Shown in pieces: positions 35,878 through 44,585 of a stretch of DNA of 64,000 nt. The notes below the pieces were generated by a model. It was not told the origin of the DNA. It did not search any database and worked only from the letters and a program-made list of their open reading frames with translations. How positions within the stretch are numbered: position 1 is the stretch's first letter; each line of letters begins with the position of its first letter. The translations under genes and the position numbers were made by a program. The DNA comes from an uncultured Acidobacteriota bacterium (GTDB taxonomy: Bacteria > Acidobacteriota > Thermoanaerobaculia > Multivoradales > JAHEKO01), in contig CAVQNG010000025.1 of NCBI GenBank assembly GCA_963713825.1, forward strand, positions 1 to 64,000, given 5' to 3'.

Positions 35878-36357
35878 TCAGTCCGGCAGTCGCCGGATTC
35901 TCTCGATCAGGTTGGTCGTGGAGTGGTCCTTGGGGTCGCCAACCAGGCGAGTGTCCCCTCCGTACCGCCTTACAATCTCGAACTCGGGCACTCTGTCCGG
36001 CGAGCCGTAGTCAGGGCCCTTGCAGTGCACGTCGGGCTGCAACTGATCCAACAGAGGTCCAGGCGAGTCGCCGCCGAAGATCACCACCAAATCCACGGGC
36101 TCGAGCCCCGCCACCAACTCGGCGCGCTCCTGCTCGGGAGCAATGGGGCGTCCCTCTCCCTTGAGCAGAGCGACGGAATCATCGTCGTTGATGGCAACGA
36201 GGAGGACATCGCCTTCTTCCTTCGCGGCGCGCAGATATCGCAGGTGGCCGACGTGGAGTAGATCGAAATGGCCATTGGCGAAGGCAATGCGTTGGCCGCG
36301 GGCCTTCAGTTGCGCCACGCGAGGAACGAGCTCCTCGAGACTCAGAATTTCGCCCAC
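35878..36357 (-). CDS. Stand-alone heptose-1-P adenylyltransferase domain (RfaE2)
   Basis: 'ANGHFDLLHVGHLRYL', 'KGEGRP', 'KG.DY', 'STT'. Confidence 0.88.
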   Translation of the reverse strand: MGEILSLEELVPRVAQLKARGQRIAFANGHFDLLHVGHLRYLRAAKEEGDVLLVAINDDDSVALLKGEGRPIAPEQERAELVAGLEPVDLVVIFGGDSPGPLLDQLQPDVHCKGPDYGSPDRVPEFEIVRRYGGDTRLVGDPKDHSTTNLIERIRRLPD

Positions 36358-37391
36358 GCCAGATCTCGTAACAGACGGGTATCGGAGGTCACGGCGTCCC
36401 GAAGCTCCTCCGGGGTCAACGTGGCCGTCCCCAGTTTCATGACGACGATTCCACCGGCGTAGTTGGCGAGCAGAGCAGCCTCGAGTGGTGTGGCTGCCGC
36501 GGCGAGGGCCAGCGAGAAAGTGCCGATGACAGTGTCGCCGGCTCCCGTGACGTCAGCCACCTGGTCAGTGCCGTGAACCGGGATGTGGCAGCTCCTCTGC
36601 CCCTCGAAAAGAGTCATGCCGTAGCTTCCCCGAGTGATGAGAAGAAAGCGAGCTCCCAGCCTCTTCAGCAGCTCCGAACCGCGGTCGAGAGCCGGCTCCT
36701 CCGAGTCGGCAGCATCATCTGCCAATAGAGCGAAGGCTTCCTCTTCGTTGGGGGTCGCACCGTCGAGGCCGACAAAATCGGGCAATCGATGACGCGAATC
36801 GCAGAGTACCGAGCCCTTCGGGGCCAAGGCGCTGCGAATCGGTTGCAGGAGGTCGGGCTGCACGGCACCATACCCGTAGTCGCTGAGGACTGCGACCCGG
36901 GCTCGTCCCTTCCAATCTTCGAGCTGTTTCTCGAAGGCCTGGAGTTCCACCGCCGAGAGAGAGCCTTCTTCCTCGATGTCGAAGCGCACGATCTGCTGTT
37001 TGATGGAATGTCGTGCTCCGCCCAGGATCCGGGTCTTGGTGACGGTCGAGTAGTCATCCCGAACGAGGATCCCCTCGGTCGTCACCTCTGCTGATTGGAG
37101 CTTCGACACCAGCTGCTCGCCGTTGGCATCGCGACCGACAACTCCCAGCGGCAGCGGAACCCCGCCCAGGGCCGCTACGTTGGCCACGGCGTTAGCTCCA
37201 CCGCCCGGTGAAAACGTCTCGCTCTCGTAGCTCAGAATGAGAACCGGCGCCTCTCGGCTGATGCGTTTGGGCGAGCCGGAAATGAACCGATCCGCGACCA
37301 GATCGACCAACATGAGGATCGGCTGACCGGCCATTGCATCGACCAGATCCAGGAGTCGTTCCGTCGTCGGAAGTGTCTCCGTCTCGGGCAT
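36342..37391 (-). CDS. Stand-alone heptose-7-P kinase domain (RfaE1, PfkB)
   Basis: 'RISREAPV', 'GGGANAVAN', 'SDYGYG', 'DVTGAGDTV'. Confidence 0.88.
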   Translation of the reverse strand: MPETETLPTTERLLDLVDAMAGQPILMLVDLVADRFISGSPKRISREAPVLILSYESETFSPGGGANAVANVAALGGVPLPLGVVGRDANGEQLVSKLQSAEVTTEGILVRDDYSTVTKTRILGGARHSIKQQIVRFDIEEEGSLSAVELQAFEKQLEDWKGRARVAVLSDYGYGAVQPDLLQPIRSALAPKGSVLCDSRHRLPDFVGLDGATPNEEEAFALLADDAADSEEPALDRGSELLKRLGARFLLITRGSYGMTLFEGQRSCHIPVHGTDQVADVTGAGDTVIGTFSLALAAAATPLEAALLANYAGGIVVMKLGTATLTPEELRDAVTSDTRLLRDLAWAKF

Positions 37392-37419
37392 TTTCGGGAG
37401 CTTAGCACGCCATAAGAGA

Positions 37420-37879
37420 GGGCTTGGGGGTTGCAGCAGCCGGCGTACCTTCGGCCGTTCTTTGAGGGCCTGGGGGTTGAGACGGCCGATCGAACCAGGG
37501 ATCTCCCCCGTCTGCGGCCTCACCCGACCATGCCCCTCCGACGAGGGAGACCCATGGCCCGATCTACCACCATCGAGACACATCCAGAATCTGGCTGCTA
37601 ACTCGCCCCCGAGCTTCGAATTCCCCGTGCCTCGAGGCCTCACAACCTAATCGGTGCCAGAGGGTCGTTCGGGTGGTTCGACAGGGGGCGCCGAGTCGAG
37701 CGCAGCGCAAGAGCCAAGGCAGGGCACAAGAGATTGGGCGCGATGACGAGACGAGGTGGCGGCCTCCCCGAGTGTAGGGGAGGGGCGCTTGTCCCCTCCC
37801 GCGGGAGCCCGCAAGGGGCTCCCCTACAAAGCCGACGCCGTCCTCCCCCGGCGAACCACCCGGACGGACCTCAACGAGA
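37420..37879 (+). repeat. ~470-bp dispersed structured non-coding element, copy 2
   Basis: Homologous to the reverse complement of 27196-27668; long inverted arms 37660-37688 / 37845-37872. Confidence 0.8.
37773..37828. repeat. GTAG-family REP doublet (REPIN-like)
   Basis: TGTAGGGGAGGGG..CCCCTCCC followed by GGGAGCCC..GGGGCTCCCCTACA in inverted orientation; absent from copy 1. Confidence 0.75.
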
Positions 37880-37935
37880 CAGTGGCAAGGATCGTCGAGC
37901 GAAGGCTCTTCCGCGGCCCTCGTATACTTCCGTTC

Positions 37936-38991
37936 ATGTCTACCGTCGCGGAGCGACTGCATGCGCTGATCGAGGATCAGGGCCCGATCACCTTCGCACG
38001 CTTCATGGAGGAAGCGCTCTATGGAGAAGGTGGCTACTACTCTCGGCAGAAGCTTGCCATCGGCGTCAATGGAGACTTCATCACCGGTTCGTCCTATTCT
38101 CCTCTCTTCGCTCGGGCCACGGCCACCCTGCTGCGACGGATGGATGCGGTCCTCGGTCGGTCGGCCGACTTTCTCGAGGTCGGATACGGCGATGGTTCTC
38201 ACCTTCGAGGTCTGGCCGAGTTTCCGGAGCTCGCGGCAACGAGGAGATTGCTGGGATGTGATCGTGTTCGACGGTCTCTGCCGCCGCCGATCGAAACTCT
38301 TGCCAGTCTGGACGAGGTGGAACCCGGTGAGCTGGAGGGGGTGGTGTTCTCCTACGAGCTGTTCGATGCTCTGCCCATTCATCGACTCATCGGTCGTGAG
38401 GGAGCCGGGGTAGGAGAGCTTCTTGTCGGCTCGGAGCCGGATGGTTCCTTCTCGTGGAGGGAAGCCGAGATGTCGGATCCTGCACTCGGGGACTTCTCAG
38501 GAGATGTTTTCGAATCGCTCGAGCCGGGACAGATCGCCGACGTCTCAGCGCATTGGAGACCCCTTTATGGACAGATGGCTGCGAAGCTGCGACGTGGCCT
38601 GCTGGTGACCTGCGACTACGGTTTTCCGCTTCGTCAGCTACTGGACGCGAGGATCCGGTCCCATGGCACGCTGGCCTGCTATCGCCGCCAGCAGGTGCAT
38701 CGAAATCCACTGATCCAGGTGGGTGAACAGGACCTGACCGCGCACGTGGATTTCACTGCCTTGATGGAGGAAGGGGAGGCAAGCGGCCTCGAGACGGCGG
38801 CCCTGACTCGGCAAGCGGCCTGGTTGACGAGTTGCGGGATCTTCGAGGGCCTTGCTGAAGCCGACCAGACAGAGCGACTCGAAGCGATGACGCTGCTGGA
38901 CCCAGCAGCCATGGGCGAAGATATCCGGGTTCTGGTACAGGCTCGTGGTGTGAATCTGCCTGAGATCATAGACACTGACTACCTGCTGTGA
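37936..38991 (+). CDS. NDUFAF7/MidA-family SAM-dependent methyltransferase
   Basis: 'GPITFARFME.ALY...GYY', 'GDFIT', 'ELFDALP', 'DYG', 'QDLTAHVDF'. Confidence 0.88.
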   Translation: MSTVAERLHALIEDQGPITFARFMEEALYGEGGYYSRQKLAIGVNGDFITGSSYSPLFARATATLLRRMDAVLGRSADFLEVGYGDGSHLRGLAEFPELAATRRLLGCDRVRRSLPPPIETLASLDEVEPGELEGVVFSYELFDALPIHRLIGREGAGVGELLVGSEPDGSFSWREAEMSDPALGDFSGDVFESLEPGQIADVSAHWRPLYGQMAAKLRRGLLVTCDYGFPLRQLLDARIRSHGTLACYRRQQVHRNPLIQVGEQDLTAHVDFTALMEEGEASGLETAALTRQAAWLTSCGIFEGLAEADQTERLEAMTLLDPAAMGEDIRVLVQARGVNLPEIIDTDYLL

Positions 38992-39054
38992 CCGCCGGCA
39001 GCGCTGGAATCACAGCGTCTTCCGAGTAGAGAATCTCGCCGGCGAAGAGGCTCC

Positions 39055-39082
39055 TTGACACCCTTTGGGCCTCCGATACAAT
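39055..39082 (+). promoter_or_regulatory. Sigma70-type promoter of the nuo operon
   Basis: TTGACA-N16-TACAAT about 160 bp upstream of nuoA. Confidence 0.7.
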
Positions 39083-39240
39083 TGTCGCGGTATTCGCTTC
39101 CCGGAAGAGAGAATGCATTTCGAATCGGACAGTTTCAAGCCCGTCCCGAGTGTGATCGAAGGTTGAGATCCAGGGACGGGGACTCGCTGAATAGCTGACC
39201 GGGAACCACCATCAGGCGTTGGGTCTGAGACGAGCTTACT

Positions 39241-39594
39241 GTGGAAAGCTACCTCCCAGTCTTTATCTTCGTGCTGGTCACGATTGCGTTCCTGGTCGTG
39301 GTGCTGGTCACCGCACGACTCTTGCGTCATGGGGGTGGCCGCACACTGCTCGAGCCCTACGAGTGCGGCAACGAGCCGATCAGCCTGGCCCACGACCATC
39401 GATTCTCCATTCGCTACTACCTGATCGCGGTCCTGTTCGTGATCTTCGACGTGGAAACGGTGTTCCTGTTTCCCTGGGCGGTGATGTTCGACCAACTGGC
39501 CCTCTTCGGGTTTATCGAAATGATGATCTTCCTGGCGATTCTTCTGGTCGGTTACGTGTACGTCTGGCGACGGGGGGCCTTGAATTGGGCTTGA
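39241..39594 (+). CDS. nuoA: NADH-quinone oxidoreductase subunit A
   Basis: 'PYECG', 'IFDVET.FLFPWA', 'GALNW'. Confidence 0.95.
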   Translation: MESYLPVFIFVLVTIAFLVVVLVTARLLRHGGGRTLLEPYECGNEPISLAHDHRFSIRYYLIAVLFVIFDVETVFLFPWAVMFDQLALFGFIEMMIFLAILLVGYVYVWRRGALNWA

Positions 39595-40100
39595 TGGACA
39601 ACGTCGAGGCCAACGTCCTCACCACGACCTACGACAAGGTCTTCAACTGGGCTCGTCGCTCAGCGATCTGGCCGATGCAGTTCGGCCTGGCCTGCTGCGC
39701 CATCGAAATGATGGCAACGCTCGATCCGAGGCACGACATGAGTCGATTCGGTGCCGAGGTCTTTCGGGGCACCCCCAGGCAGAGCGATCTGATGATCGTC
39801 GCCGGCACGGTGACGGAAAAGATGGCGCCAATCGTTCGGCGTCTGTGGGATCAGATGCCGGAGCCTAAATGGGCACTTGCGATGGGTGCTTGTGCCACCT
39901 GCGGAGGCCCTTATCGCACCTACGCTGTCACGCAGGGAGTCGACAGGGTGATTCCAGTCGATGTCTACGTTCCCGGCTGTCCGCCCAGGCCGGAGGCCTT
40001 GCTCTGGGGCCTGATGCACCTGCAACGCAAGATCGACCGGATGACCGTGGCCAAGCCGAAAATGGACGAAGCACCCAAGGTTGCTGGCAGGGCGGAATGA
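39594..40100 (+). CDS. nuoB: NADH-quinone oxidoreductase subunit B
   Basis: '[10 protein letters not shown]', 'PRQSD', '[10 protein letters not shown]'. Confidence 0.96.
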   Translation: MDNVEANVLTTTYDKVFNWARRSAIWPMQFGLACCAIEMMATLDPRHDMSRFGAEVFRGTPRQSDLMIVAGTVTEKMAPIVRRLWDQMPEPKWALAMGACATCGGPYRTYAVTQGVDRVIPVDVYVPGCPPRPEALLWGLMHLQRKIDRMTVAKPKMDEAPKVAGRAE

Positions 40101-40915
40101 GCGAACGCGACGACGACAATCCGCAGGAGGGTCGCCCAACCGGCGACCAACCGACGCCTGACGCTCCTGACGAGAGCAAGGCGGATGGGCCGGCTGTAAC
40201 GGATGCCGAGGCAGAGGCTGCCGCCAAGGCAGAGGCCGAAGCGAAGGCCAAGGCGGCTGCCGCCAAGGCCAAGGCACTAGCCGAGGCGGAAGCTGCCAAG
40301 GAACCCTGGGAACGGGATCCGGTCGCTCCTGCCTGGGTGGAGGCCGAAGGAGAGGCCCTGACGGAGGCCCTGAAGGGCAGCTGCGGAGAGGGCATTGTGG
40401 CTGCCCGCACCTTCGCCGGTGAGCTGGTGCTCGACGTCGCTTTGCAGGCGGTGCAAGAGGTCGGTCGGAGTCTGAAGAAAGAGCACGGATTCACGCTGCT
40501 GGTCGATATCTGTGGTGCTCACTACCCCGATCGCGAAGAGGCCCCTTTCGAAGTTGTGTATCACTTGTACAACCTGGAGCAGGCGCGCCGCATTCGGCTC
40601 AAAGTCGCAACGCAGGAGGGGACCGAGGTGCCCTCCGTTGTCGCTATATGGAAGGGTGCCAACTGGCCTGAGAGGGAGATCTACGACATGTACGGAGTTC
40701 GCTTTTCCGAACATCCGGACATGACACGCATTCTGATGTGGGAGGGTTTCAACGGCTACCCGCTGCGAAAAGACTTCCCAGTGGAGGGAGTCGATACCGG
40801 GGCAGCGGTCTATCCCGAGTTCTACGGCGACGAAGCGGGACCGGTGGCTGGTACCGGCACCGGTTGGAAACCGCCCAAGCCACCCGAAGAGGAGTCGACG
40901 CCCGAAGAGGCCTAG
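40097..40915 (+). CDS. nuoC: NADH-quinone oxidoreductase subunit C with N-terminal extension
   Basis: '[20 protein letters not shown]', 'PLRKDFP'. Confidence 0.93.
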   Translation: MSERDDDNPQEGRPTGDQPTPDAPDESKADGPAVTDAEAEAAAKAEAEAKAKAAAAKAKALAEAEAAKEPWERDPVAPAWVEAEGEALTEALKGSCGEGIVAARTFAGELVLDVALQAVQEVGRSLKKEHGFTLLVDICGAHYPDREEAPFEVVYHLYNLEQARRIRLKVATQEGTEVPSVVAIWKGANWPEREIYDMYGVRFSEHPDMTRILMWEGFNGYPLRKDFPVEGVDTGAAVYPEFYGDEAGPVAGTGTGWKPPKPPEEESTPEEA

Positions 40916-40942
40916 GTCTCCGGGCGAGGCACGAAAGAAGCA

Positions 40943-42082
40943 ATGGTAGAAGTCGACAGCTCGAATCTCTCTGGCGACACCCTGTTCGGTGTCGAGGAGA
41001 TGGAGATCAATTTCGGCCCTCAGCATCCGGCCACCCATGGGGTGCTTCGTTTGAAGCTCAAGGTGGACGGCGAGCGGATCGTCGATTGCTATCCGGTCAT
41101 TGGGTATCTGCACCGGGGCACTGAAAAGCTCTTCGAGCTGCACCCCTTCTTTCAGAACGTGCCCCACACGGATCGCCTCGACTACGTGGCTGCGGCGACG
41201 AACAACCTGGCGTATGTCGGCGCGGTCGAGAAACTCCTGGGGTTGGTGGTGCCACCGCGGGCGAGCTACATCCGCACTCTCCTCTCGGAGCTGCAGCGCA
41301 TCTCCAGTCACCTTCTCTGGCTGGCGACCCACGCAATCGACATCGGGGCCATGACGCCCTTCTTCTACACCTTTCGGGAGAGAGAGATCGTTCTCGATCT
41401 CTTCGAGGAGTACTGCGGTGCTCGACTCACTCTCAATTGCATGCGCCCGGGAGGTCAGCCGTACGACCTGCCAGTGGGCTGGGTCGAGCGCTGCGCCGAG
41501 TTCATCGAGGGCTTTCCCGAAAAGGTCGACGAGTACGAAGGCCTGCTGACCGAGAACCGGATCTGGAAGAAGAGGACTGTCGATATCGGCATCCTGACGC
41601 CGGAGGTGGCGTTGGAATATGGCGTCACCGGTCCTATGCTGCGCGGCAGCGGCATCCAGTTGGATGTTCGCAAGGCAATGCCCTACGAAATGTACGACCA
41701 GGTGGATTTCGACGTACCGGTGTTCTACAACTGCGACACCTACGATCGCTACCTGGTTCGCATGGAGGAGATGCGCCAGTCCGTGCGGATCGTTCAACAG
41801 TGTCTCGAGAAGCTGCCCGAGGGGCCGATCATGGGTAAACGGCCCCGTGTTCTGAAAGCTCCCAAGGAAGGCGATGTCTACCACGCCGTAGAAGCTCCGA
41901 AGGGCGAGATCGGCTTCTATCTCGTCGGCAACGGTACCCCGAATCCTCACCGCTGCCGGGTGCGCCCGCCGTCGTTCTACAACATCCAGGTGCTGCCCGA
42001 GATGGTCGTTGGCGGCCTGATCGCGGACCTGATCGCTGTTATCGGTACCACCGACATCGTCCTCGGTGAGGTGGATCGATGA
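40943..42082 (+). CDS. nuoD: NADH-quinone oxidoreductase subunit D
   Basis: 'NFGPQHPATHGVLRL', 'GYLHRGTEK', 'GEVDR'. Confidence 0.96.
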   Translation: MVEVDSSNLSGDTLFGVEEMEINFGPQHPATHGVLRLKLKVDGERIVDCYPVIGYLHRGTEKLFELHPFFQNVPHTDRLDYVAAATNNLAYVGAVEKLLGLVVPPRASYIRTLLSELQRISSHLLWLATHAIDIGAMTPFFYTFREREIVLDLFEEYCGARLTLNCMRPGGQPYDLPVGWVERCAEFIEGFPEKVDEYEGLLTENRIWKKRTVDIGILTPEVALEYGVTGPMLRGSGIQLDVRKAMPYEMYDQVDFDVPVFYNCDTYDRYLVRMEEMRQSVRIVQQCLEKLPEGPIMGKRPRVLKAPKEGDVYHAVEAPKGEIGFYLVGNGTPNPHRCRVRPPSFYNIQVLPEMVVGGLIADLIAVIGTTDIVLGEVDR

Positions 42083-42101
42083 GGACGGGGCGGAGACTCT
42101 G

Positions 42102-43172
42102 ATGGTCGACTTCTTTGGCGAGACCCTGTATGTCTACGCGGTGGTGCCGCTGGTCAAGATCATTGCGGCGATTGCCGTAGTCCTGGGACTGATTGCCTAC
42201 ACGACCCTCGCCGAGCGCAAGATTCTGGGCTTCCTGCAGGTCCGCACCGGCCCGAATCGGGTTGGGCCCTGGGGCCTGATTCAACCGATCGCCGACGTCG
42301 CCAAGCTCCTGGGCAAGGAGGACGTGATCCCCAATCGAGCCATCACATGGGCCTATGTTCTGGCTCCGTGTCTGGTCGTCGGACCCGCTCTGATCATTCT
42401 GTCGGTGATTCCCTTCGGACCGCCTTCGAGCGAGGGCGCGGCGTCCAGTTGGTTCATCACCGATGTCAATGTGGGTCTCCTCCTGGTTGTGGCAATTGCC
42501 TCTATCGGAGTGTACGGGCTGCTGCTCGGAGGGTGGGCCTCCAACAACAAGTTCTCCATGTTGGGCGGGCTGCGATCCGCTGCTCAGATGATCTCGTACG
42601 AGGTCCCCCAGGGGTTTTCACTGGTCGTTCCGCTGCTGATGGCCGGTACGCTGTCCCTGGTCGGCATCGTCGAGGCGCAGCTGGCTCAGGGTCGCTGGTT
42701 CATCTTCGGGTTCTTTCCCTTCGGATTGCTGGCTTTTTTCATCTACTTCGTGGCCGGGGTTGCCGAGTCCAACCGCAATCCCTTCGATCTTCCGGAGGCG
42801 GAGTCCGAGTTGGTGGCCGGATTTCACACGGAGTACAGCGGTATGCGCTTCGCCCTGTTCTTCCTGGGCGAGTACGCCAACATGATCGTGATCTCTGCGG
42901 TTGCGGTCACCATGTTCCTGGGCGGTTGGCTGCGGCCCTTCCCGAACGTAGAGTGGCTGTCGTTCCTGGATCTGGCGTTTCTGCCGGCAGGACTGGCCGG
43001 GTGTCTGTGGTTTCTGGTCAAGCTGCTCGCTTTCCTGTTCGTCTATATCTGGTTCCGGGGCACATTCCCGCGGTACCGTTTCGATCAACTGATGGATCTG
43101 GGCTGGAAGTGGTTGCTACCCGCCGCGCTGATTGCTGTGGCAGCGACCGGTCTCTGGAAGATTCTCATCTAG
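42102..43172 (+). CDS. nuoH: NADH-quinone oxidoreductase subunit H
   Basis: 'ERK', 'GPNRVG', 'PFDLPEAESELVAG', 'PRYRFDQ'. Confidence 0.96.
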   Translation: MVDFFGETLYVYAVVPLVKIIAAIAVVLGLIAYTTLAERKILGFLQVRTGPNRVGPWGLIQPIADVAKLLGKEDVIPNRAITWAYVLAPCLVVGPALIILSVIPFGPPSSEGAASSWFITDVNVGLLLVVAIASIGVYGLLLGGWASNNKFSMLGGLRSAAQMISYEVPQGFSLVVPLLMAGTLSLVGIVEAQLAQGRWFIFGFFPFGLLAFFIYFVAGVAESNRNPFDLPEAESELVAGFHTEYSGMRFALFFLGEYANMIVISAVAVTMFLGGWLRPFPNVEWLSFLDLAFLPAGLAGCLWFLVKLLAFLFVYIWFRGTFPRYRFDQLMDLGWKWLLPAALIAVAATGLWKILI

Positions 43173-43180
43173 GTTTGCGA

Positions 43181-43660
43181 ATGAGCTGGGCCAAGCACTT
43201 CCTGGACAAAATCATGCTGCTCGACCTGTTTGCGGGTCTGGGCATCACGTTTCGGCACCTCCTCAAGAAGAAGGTGACGGTGCAGTACCCGGAAGAGCGG
43301 ATGGAGCCGGCGCATCGCTTCCGCGGCATGTTTCGGCTCGACGAAGAGCGCTGCATCAAATGCACCCTCTGTGCCCGGGATTGCCCCATCGACATCATCT
43401 ATATCGATTGGCACCAAGAGGTGAACCCGGAGACCGAGAAGAAGGAAAAGCTGCTGGATCGATTCGACATCGACATCCAGCGCTGCATGTTCTGTGGCCT
43501 GTGCGAAGAGGCCTGCCCGACCAATCCGAAGTCGATCTGGCTGACCAGCAAGACCTACGAATTGGCGACCTACGAGAGGTGGCAGAATCTCTACGTCGAC
43601 AAACGGGAGCTGGAGGACTGGAGAGTCCGTCCGGCCTACACGGATGAAGAGATCGTCTGA
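43181..43660 (+). CDS. nuoI: NADH-quinone oxidoreductase subunit I
   Basis: 'T.QYPEE', two CxxCxxCxxxCP motifs. Confidence 0.95.
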   Translation: MSWAKHFLDKIMLLDLFAGLGITFRHLLKKKVTVQYPEERMEPAHRFRGMFRLDEERCIKCTLCARDCPIDIIYIDWHQEVNPETEKKEKLLDRFDIDIQRCMFCGLCEEACPTNPKSIWLTSKTYELATYERWQNLYVDKRELEDWRVRPAYTDEEIV

Positions 43661-43680
43661 TCGAGAGATGAGCGTCTGAT

Positions 43681-44214
43681 ATGGAATTCCTGCTCGTCAA
43701 TGGCCCTGCGCTGCTGTTCTACCTCTTCGCTGCGCTGGCGGTGCTGGGAGCGATTCTGGTGGTCAGCCTACGCAACCCGATGTACTCGGCGTTTGCGCTG
43801 CTGGTGTCGTTTCTAGCGGTGGCGGCGCTGTTCTTCTTGCGTCATGCCGAGTTTCTGGCAGTGGTTCAGATCTTCGTCTATGGCGGCGGCATCATGGTGC
43901 TGTTTCTCTTTGTCATCATGCTGGTCAACCTACACCGACTCCAGGAGGTGAGGCTCTATGGGATGCAGTGGCCGGCCGCGCTGCTGCTTGCCGTGGCGAT
44001 GATCGCCCTGGTGAGTTGGGTCGTTTCCAGGGTTCGGTTCTCGCCCGCCAACCTCACACCCGCCGCTCTGGTCAGTGTCGAGGGTGAAGTGGTGGGCAAT
44101 GTTCAGGCCGTTGCTTGGCAGCTGTACCAACAGTACTTGTTGCCATTCGAAGTTGCTTCACTCTTCCTGCTGGTAGCAATGATCGGTGCCGTCGTTCTGG
44201 CCCGCAAGGAGTAG
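43681..44214 (+). CDS. nuoJ: NADH-quinone oxidoreductase subunit J
   Basis: 'AEFLA..QI.VY.G.I.VLFLFVIM', 'PFE..S..LLVAMIGA'. Confidence 0.95.
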   Translation: MEFLLVNGPALLFYLFAALAVLGAILVVSLRNPMYSAFALLVSFLAVAALFFLRHAEFLAVVQIFVYGGGIMVLFLFVIMLVNLHRLQEVRLYGMQWPAALLLAVAMIALVSWVVSRVRFSPANLTPAALVSVEGEVVGNVQAVAWQLYQQYLLPFEVASLFLLVAMIGAVVLARKE

Positions 44215-44264
44215 CCGGATGGGGGACAGAGTACCCTCCAGTTCGATGAAGCTGCGAGAAGAGA

Positions 44265-44579
44265 ATGCCAATGTTTGAGGTCACTACCAACCACTATCTG
44301 GTGTTGAGTGCCATGCTGTTCGTGATTGGCATCGTCGGGATCTTGACACGGCGCAACATGATCGTCGTCCTGATGTCGATCGAGCTGGTGTTGAACTCGG
44401 TGAATCTCAATCTGGTGGCATTCTCCTTTCAATACTCGGACCTTACAGGCCAGATCCTCGGCGTCTTCGTGATTGCGGTGGCTGCTGGGGAGGCCGCCGT
44501 CGGCCTGGCCATTCTCGTCGCGTTGTATCGCCTACGAGGCACCACCGAGCTCGATCATGCTTCGGAGCTCAAGGGGTAG
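44265..44579 (+). CDS. nuoK: NADH-quinone oxidoreductase subunit K
   Basis: 'RRN...LMSIEL.LN', 'AAGEAAVGLA'. Confidence 0.95.
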   Translation: MPMFEVTTNHYLVLSAMLFVIGIVGILTRRNMIVVLMSIELVLNSVNLNLVAFSFQYSDLTGQILGVFVIAVAAGEAAVGLAILVALYRLRGTTELDHASELKG

Positions 44580-44585
44580 CGGACG

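Noticed and set aside
25236-37488. 47-bp tandem repeats as a CRISPR array
   Set aside because: Only 1.5-2.3 degenerate units per site, no unique spacers and no cas genes
40277-41950. 557-aa antisense ORF over nuoC/nuoD (and similar long antisense ORFs over hldE, ggt, pilB, vWA, lptD)
   Set aside because: Shadow ORFs typical of high-GC codon bias opposite well-conserved genes
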